A stretch of DNA of 62,626 nt, filler included, from Globobulimina sp. (Eukaryota), in NCBI GenBank assembly GCA_003354225.1. It is 35 parts of 35 records of this genome, joined end to end, with 100 filler letters (N's around TTAATTAATTAA, not from the genome) between each part and the next. Parts side by side here need not be neighbours in the genome. Positions count along the whole stretch, not along the records: positions 57,354 to 59,044 come from PIVH01013063.1; positions 59,145 to 60,835 come from PIVH01013064.1; positions 60,936 to 62,626 come from PIVH01013065.1; 32 more parts are not named here. The stretch is one strand, 5' to 3'. Below are positions 58,395 to 62,626 of the stretch, piece by piece. Position numbers and translations under genes: made by a program. The first letter of the stretch is position 1. Every line of letters starts with the position of its first letter. The notes beneath the pieces are model-generated. The model saw nothing but the letters and a program-made list of their open reading frames with translations, was not told where the DNA came from and searched no databases.

Positions 58395-59044
58395 TCAATT
58401 ATGAGGAATGTAATTAATTAGGTGTTTATTTTGACCATAAATATACTGTTTGCTGTTTGAACATAACTGGCAACCATCATTATCGCAGACTACTTTAATA
58501 ATAAATACAATAAATAGTATTGATATAAATAATATTAATAATAAATTCAATCTTAAATGTTTATTATTAATTTCTTCTTTTATTTCAACCAACAATGTTA
58601 ATGATCTAAAATCTTTTTTAGGATCAATTACAATGTACCAATTACCAATGTTTAGATTTTTATTTCCAGCTGGCAACAAACTTAAACATGATGCTCTCAT
58701 CACCTTTGATAACAATGATTGACATATTTTAGTTTCATTTTCATCATAAACATATAATATAATTGAATTTGCTTTGCTGTCATGAATGTGATCGCTATCA
58801 CTAATACTAAATAGTTGAATATTTACATATGTTTGTGATGTAAACGCAGAAATATCAAATTTATATTTTAATTTTTGATGAGCAATACCTTGATTAATAA
58901 TTAATGCATCATTTATCATAATATCTTTAATATCAATAATCTTTGGTACTATTGTTATTGATACGTTTCCATAGTTAATAAATCCATAAATTGCTATAAA
59001 TATTTGACTTCCAATGAATTGCAATTCATTTAAATCAATAACAC
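58395..59044 (-). CDS. C-terminus of a type I membrane protein, 5' partial
   Basis: Beta-rich ectodomain (GNWYIVI) then TM LLLILFISILFIVFII. Confidence 0.65.
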
Positions 59045-59195
59045 NNNNNNNNNNNNNNNNNNNNNNNNNNNNNNNNNNNNNNNNNNNNTTAATTAATTAA
59101 NNNNNNNNNNNNNNNNNNNNNNNNNNNNNNNNNNNNNNNNNNNNCAAAGTTCGTAAATTCAACAATTATGCTATTTTTTATAATATAATACCATT

Positions 59196-59246
59196 ATTCC
59201 ACTTTTAAATTCCACTTTTAAATTCCACTTTTTCATTCCACTTTTA
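59196..59246. repeat. Short tandem repeat ATTCCACTTTT(AA) x4
   Basis: Read directly, downstream of SCCPDH. Confidence 0.85.
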
Positions 59247-59332
59247 TTCAATTCAGATAACTCGATTTAATAGTGTTTTTTAAGTGTATCACAGAAATTA
59301 CAAAATACTGACATTTAATGACATAAATTCGT

Positions 59333-60565
59333 TTACAAGTTATTTAATTCGACATCAGCACCATCATTATTTTTTGGTTTATTTATGACTTGGAAATCAT
59401 TGTCTTGTTTCTGTTCATCCTCCTCCTCTGCCTCAACCTCATCATCACTGTCCGGTTCAATTTGAAATGTAATGCCAGCCTCATTCAACCGTTCAATCAA
59501 TGAAGTATTACCAAACACGGTCGAAGGCGTAAACACACCACCTTTAATTTGCGGAAATCCTTTGGCCAAATCACCATTATTTATTCTATTCTCTTCTTGC
59601 AAGATAACAATACCACACTCACATAATATCTTCGCAGTTGTCGAATAACAGAGATCTTTGCCAGAAACAGATGCTTTTATATTATAATCGCAATTTAATT
59701 TATCCAATTTATGCACATCATACGTATACCGCTCACATAAACTCTTCGAATATCCTTTTGCAAAAAATTTAAATGAAAATGCTTGCGTTTCTCTCTGTTG
59801 TTTCGTAGGTCCATTTTCCGAAAACGCACCGAAAGTAACATAGGATGGATAATTCATTAATAAATTTCTCCCAAATTCATAGTTTGTTAAAAAATTGCCC
59901 AAACCACCAATACCTACCGCTTGCATAACATTCCAATAACTATTAAATGATATATACGCTGCATATTGAGGGAAGGTTTTGTTTTTAATATTTTGGGCAT
60001 GCAACAACGCACAGGTTATGCCTTGCGAATTGCTAACAACTGCACTGTCTGCAAACGGAAATAGCATCGAATATTTCCCAACTTCTTCGCTCCAAAAATA
60101 TATTTCTTTGTGTAATTTCTGCTTTGCTCCATTTCGAGCAATTTGCTTCCGACCAACTCGATAACTTTTTTTCTCAATCTCCTTCCGTAATGCTCTTAAC
60201 TTATCAACTCCAGACACGCCATAAACAGCAGATTTCAAAGTTGTATGATGCACAGCATAGCCATCGGGAGCAGTACCCGTTAAATATCCATTTATCTGCG
60301 AACATACTGAACCTTGTTTTGAATAAAATTGATCGATGAATAAACAGCCCATATCTGATGGAATCGAATCGAAGCCGCATGCACTCACTATCAATGCCCC
60401 TGTTTTTTGTGCATTATAATAATATTTAAAGGCACATCGTTCCATAAACTCCGGTTCACCACAAATATCTAAATAATGTGTGCCGTTTAATGAGCATAAT
60501 TCCACGACTTTTTCGCCGATTAATTTGTATGGACCAATGCAGGAAATAATTAATTTGGTTGACAT
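59333..60565 (-). CDS. SCCPDH: Saccharopine dehydrogenase-like oxidoreductase lacking its N-terminal Rossmann segment
   Basis: IISCIGPYKLIGEKVV, HYLDICGEPEF, SACGFDSIPSDMG, GGVFTPS. No GASGFTG motif upstream. Confidence 0.88.
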   Translation of the reverse strand: MSTKLIISCIGPYKLIGEKVVELCSLNGTHYLDICGEPEFMERCAFKYYYNAQKTGALIVSACGFDSIPSDMGCLFIDQFYSKQGSVCSQINGYLTGTAPDGYAVHHTTLKSAVYGVSGVDKLRALRKEIEKKSYRVGRKQIARNGAKQKLHKEIYFWSEEVGKYSMLFPFADSAVVSNSQGITCALLHAQNIKNKTFPQYAAYISFNSYWNVMQAVGIGGLGNFLTNYEFGRNLLMNYPSYVTFGAFSENGPTKQQRETQAFSFKFFAKGYSKSLCERYTYDVHKLDKLNCDYNIKASVSGKDLCYSTTAKILCECGIVILQEENRINNGDLAKGFPQIKGGVFTPSTVFGNTSLIERLNEAGITFQIEPDSDDEVEAEEEDEQKQDNDFQVINKPKNNDGADVELNNL

Positions 60566-60835
60566 TATAATAATAATAATAATAATAATTTAAAGCTGCA
60601 TCCTTGGATGCCCGTGATGCACTTGGAGTGCTCCCAAAGGGGCCCAGTTGCCTGGTTGTTGGTTATTATAGTTTCTTGCTGCTTTTTTTGCTAGGCTGTC
60701 AGCTAGGTCATTCCATATATTGTCTATGTGTCCTGGTATCCAGTATAGTTTTATCATGTAGTTGCTATTTTTTAGGTTTGTTAGTAACTCTTTAATTTCC
60801 TGGCTTATTTTTTTATATTTTTCTTTTAATTGGTT
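60566..60835 (-). mobile_element. 3' end of a non-LTR retrotransposon: RNase H C-terminus, stop codon and (ATT)7 tail (absent from the ORF track)
   Basis: 60835-60590 translates ...MIKLYWIPGHIDNIWNDLADSLAKKAA...MQL*, directly followed by ATT repeats at 60589-60566. Confidence 0.85.
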
Positions 60836-60935
60836 NNNNNNNNNNNNNNNNNNNNNNNNNNNNNNNNNNNNNNNNNNNNTTAATTAATTAANNNNNNNNN
60901 NNNNNNNNNNNNNNNNNNNNNNNNNNNNNNNNNNN

Positions 60936-62626
60936 ACTCTGGCCAGTTGCCTCATGGTTAGGTACTGCGCTCTTATCTCAATTGGCTCAATTTTCAGTAT
61001 AAATTGTAAAATGTCGACAGGTGAATCTAATCTGCATGGAAGCGCTAATCGGAGGAATTTATTTTGGAGGGTTCTTAATAAATTATTGGAGTCATATGGG
61101 AAGTAATGAGTCAGTCCAAATTCAATGCGGGATCTCGCCAATGATTTATAAAGGATAGCAATGGATAATGGTGTTAATTGTATACCGGATTTGATAGTAA
61201 AATATAAACGCCAGAAACTACGCATTGTCTTTGCTTTGATTTTATCAAAATGCGTATGGAAATTCAATCTTTCATCAAACCATAGGCCCAGATATCGGGC
61301 TGACTGCTCATATTGGATAGGATGTGAATGGATGTGATATTTGCTGATTTTAATTGCTTTCTGTGTAATCGGATCATTTCTAACGGTGTATTTCGGATAT
61401 AATTTCAGAGGATTACTGTGAGTGAAGTTTATTGACGAGCATTTGGACGGATTTATTAGTAGTTGCCATTTGTCACACCAATTACTAAAATTATTCAATT
61501 CTTTTTGGAGGAATTTGTATCGGAGTGGATCTTTGGAGCCTGGGCTGGTCCAAAAAGCCGTATCATCCGCAAAAGAAGCAAAATGGACAAAATTAGGGAA
61601 GCTTATTTCAAAATCATTGGTGAAAATTATGTATAGGATAGGAGAGAGTGCAGAGCCTTGAGGCACTCCAATTGGTTGTGCAACCCAGTTAGATTCTGCC
61701 CTCTTGGCAATGACTTTTGTGAAACGAGATTGAATGAACGATGCAAGTACATTCAATATATTGCCTTTAATATTATTTTTAATCAATTTGTATATTAATC
61801 CATTATGCCAGACGCTATCATATGCTCTAGAAAAGTCCGTGAATACAACGTCAGTATCACTGACCATATCAAACGAAGTTTGTATGTCAGTAATAAAAGT
61901 TGTAAGGACATCATCACAGCATCTATTGATCTGGAATCCGCATTGGTAGTTATTAAATATTTCGTTCTGCACACAAAAATGTTGAAGTCTGTTTGCCAGT
62001 ACTTTCTCAAAAACCCTTCCAAGGCAAGATGAGATCGCAATGGGTCGGTAATTCTTTGGATTACTATGATCTTTGTATGGTTTTGGGATTGGCAGAAGGT
62101 GCGAGAAGTTCCAATATCCCGGGAACACACCTTTGGTCAAGCATTTATTAAACAGTGGAAGGAGGCAATCAAATAATGCTTCCCCTCCATGCTTTATCAT
62201 CTGATTATGGATTCTGTCAGGACCATACGCTTTATGTGTATCTAGGTTCCTTACGACAGACCGGATTTCATATTTAAGTATTGGGTCATTTAATATCTGG
62301 TAATTATTATTATTTATTGGTATATTTGTGTTTATTTGTGAGGGAGTAGTTATTCGTGAGTTATTTTTTGATTTATCATTCATTATATTATTTAAGTCAA
62401 TGGGATTATCAATTTGATTATTTCTATGTCTGTTCATATATTCTGGCACAAATTTATCTATATATTTATGCCATCGTTCATGGGATTGATTGGGTTTAGG
62501 CTTTGGAGGTCTCGTCATAGCCTCTTGGAGGGCCTTAGCTTGTTTGTGCGGATCGGTTATATTTAATTCATCCTTAAAATTTAATGGAGGGATGTTATTT
62601 GTGTTGATATCATTTGATTTATTATT
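60936..62626 (-). mobile_element. Non-LTR (LINE-type) retrotransposon reverse transcriptase ORF, open across the whole contig
   Basis: KAYGPDRI, IPKP.K...NYRPIAI, QCGF, DFSRAYDSV.H, GVPQGSALSPILY, FADD, YLGLWFDERL.F. Confidence 0.97.

Noticed and set aside
60936-62626. Retron, DGR or group II intron reverse transcriptase system
   Set aside because: Motifs (GPD.I, NYRPI, GVPQGS.LSP.LY, YLG..FD..L.F) are those of non-LTR retrotransposons; no ncRNA, template/variable repeat or accessory gene is visible.
60590-62626. RT contig and adjacent RNase H contig as one continuous element
   Set aside because: They are separated by an artificial linker and neighbours are ordered by length, so the plausible RT-then-RNase H order cannot be taken as evidence.
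1-62626. rRNA, tRNA or other structured RNA genes
   Set aside because: None recognised by eye. A tRNAscan-SE/Infernal search was not possible, so small RNAs could have been missed.

Overview
This window is not one locus. It is 35 unrelated contigs of 1693, 1692 or 1691 bp, sorted by decreasing length and joined by 34 artificial 100-nt linkers (N44-TTAATTAATTAA-N44), so gene order is meaningful only within a contig. Almost all of it is an AT-rich microbial eukaryote using the standard genetic code, with short GT-AG introns of about 50-115 nt. The HFDISLEN-type kinase, caspase-like protein and F-box/SPRY/TLDc families suggest a foraminiferan or other rhizarian (inference). Recognisable genes include RPL27, a cullin, ABCB/ABCC/ABCD transporters, SLC12, an SLC49-like MFS, a TPP1-like sedolisin, a KH protein, a CAAX protease, a fimbrin-like protein, a FAM172/Arb2 protein, SCCPDH and non-LTR retrotransposon RT/RNase H pieces. 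Two contigs fuse bacterial DNA (ClpA; Bacteroidota sigma-54 regulator plus LptE) to eukaryotic ORFs. The best leads are: (1) a herpes-tegument-like (VTD/C76) deubiquitinase fused to an RBR-type zinc-finger module; (2) a ~760-bp diverged inverted repeat with a perfect 46-bp-arm core, resembling an end-to-end junction of a long-TIR mobile element; (3) two RNase-H-ending LINE 3' ends that run in frame into host ORFs; (4) a plant-editing-factor-like PLS/E1 PPR protein; (5) a phage-tail-like domain on a putative mitochondrial membrane protein; (6) a 1572-bp circular or tandem unit carrying a frameshifted C2H2 gene. All domain calls are by-eye motif recognition; no searches were run.
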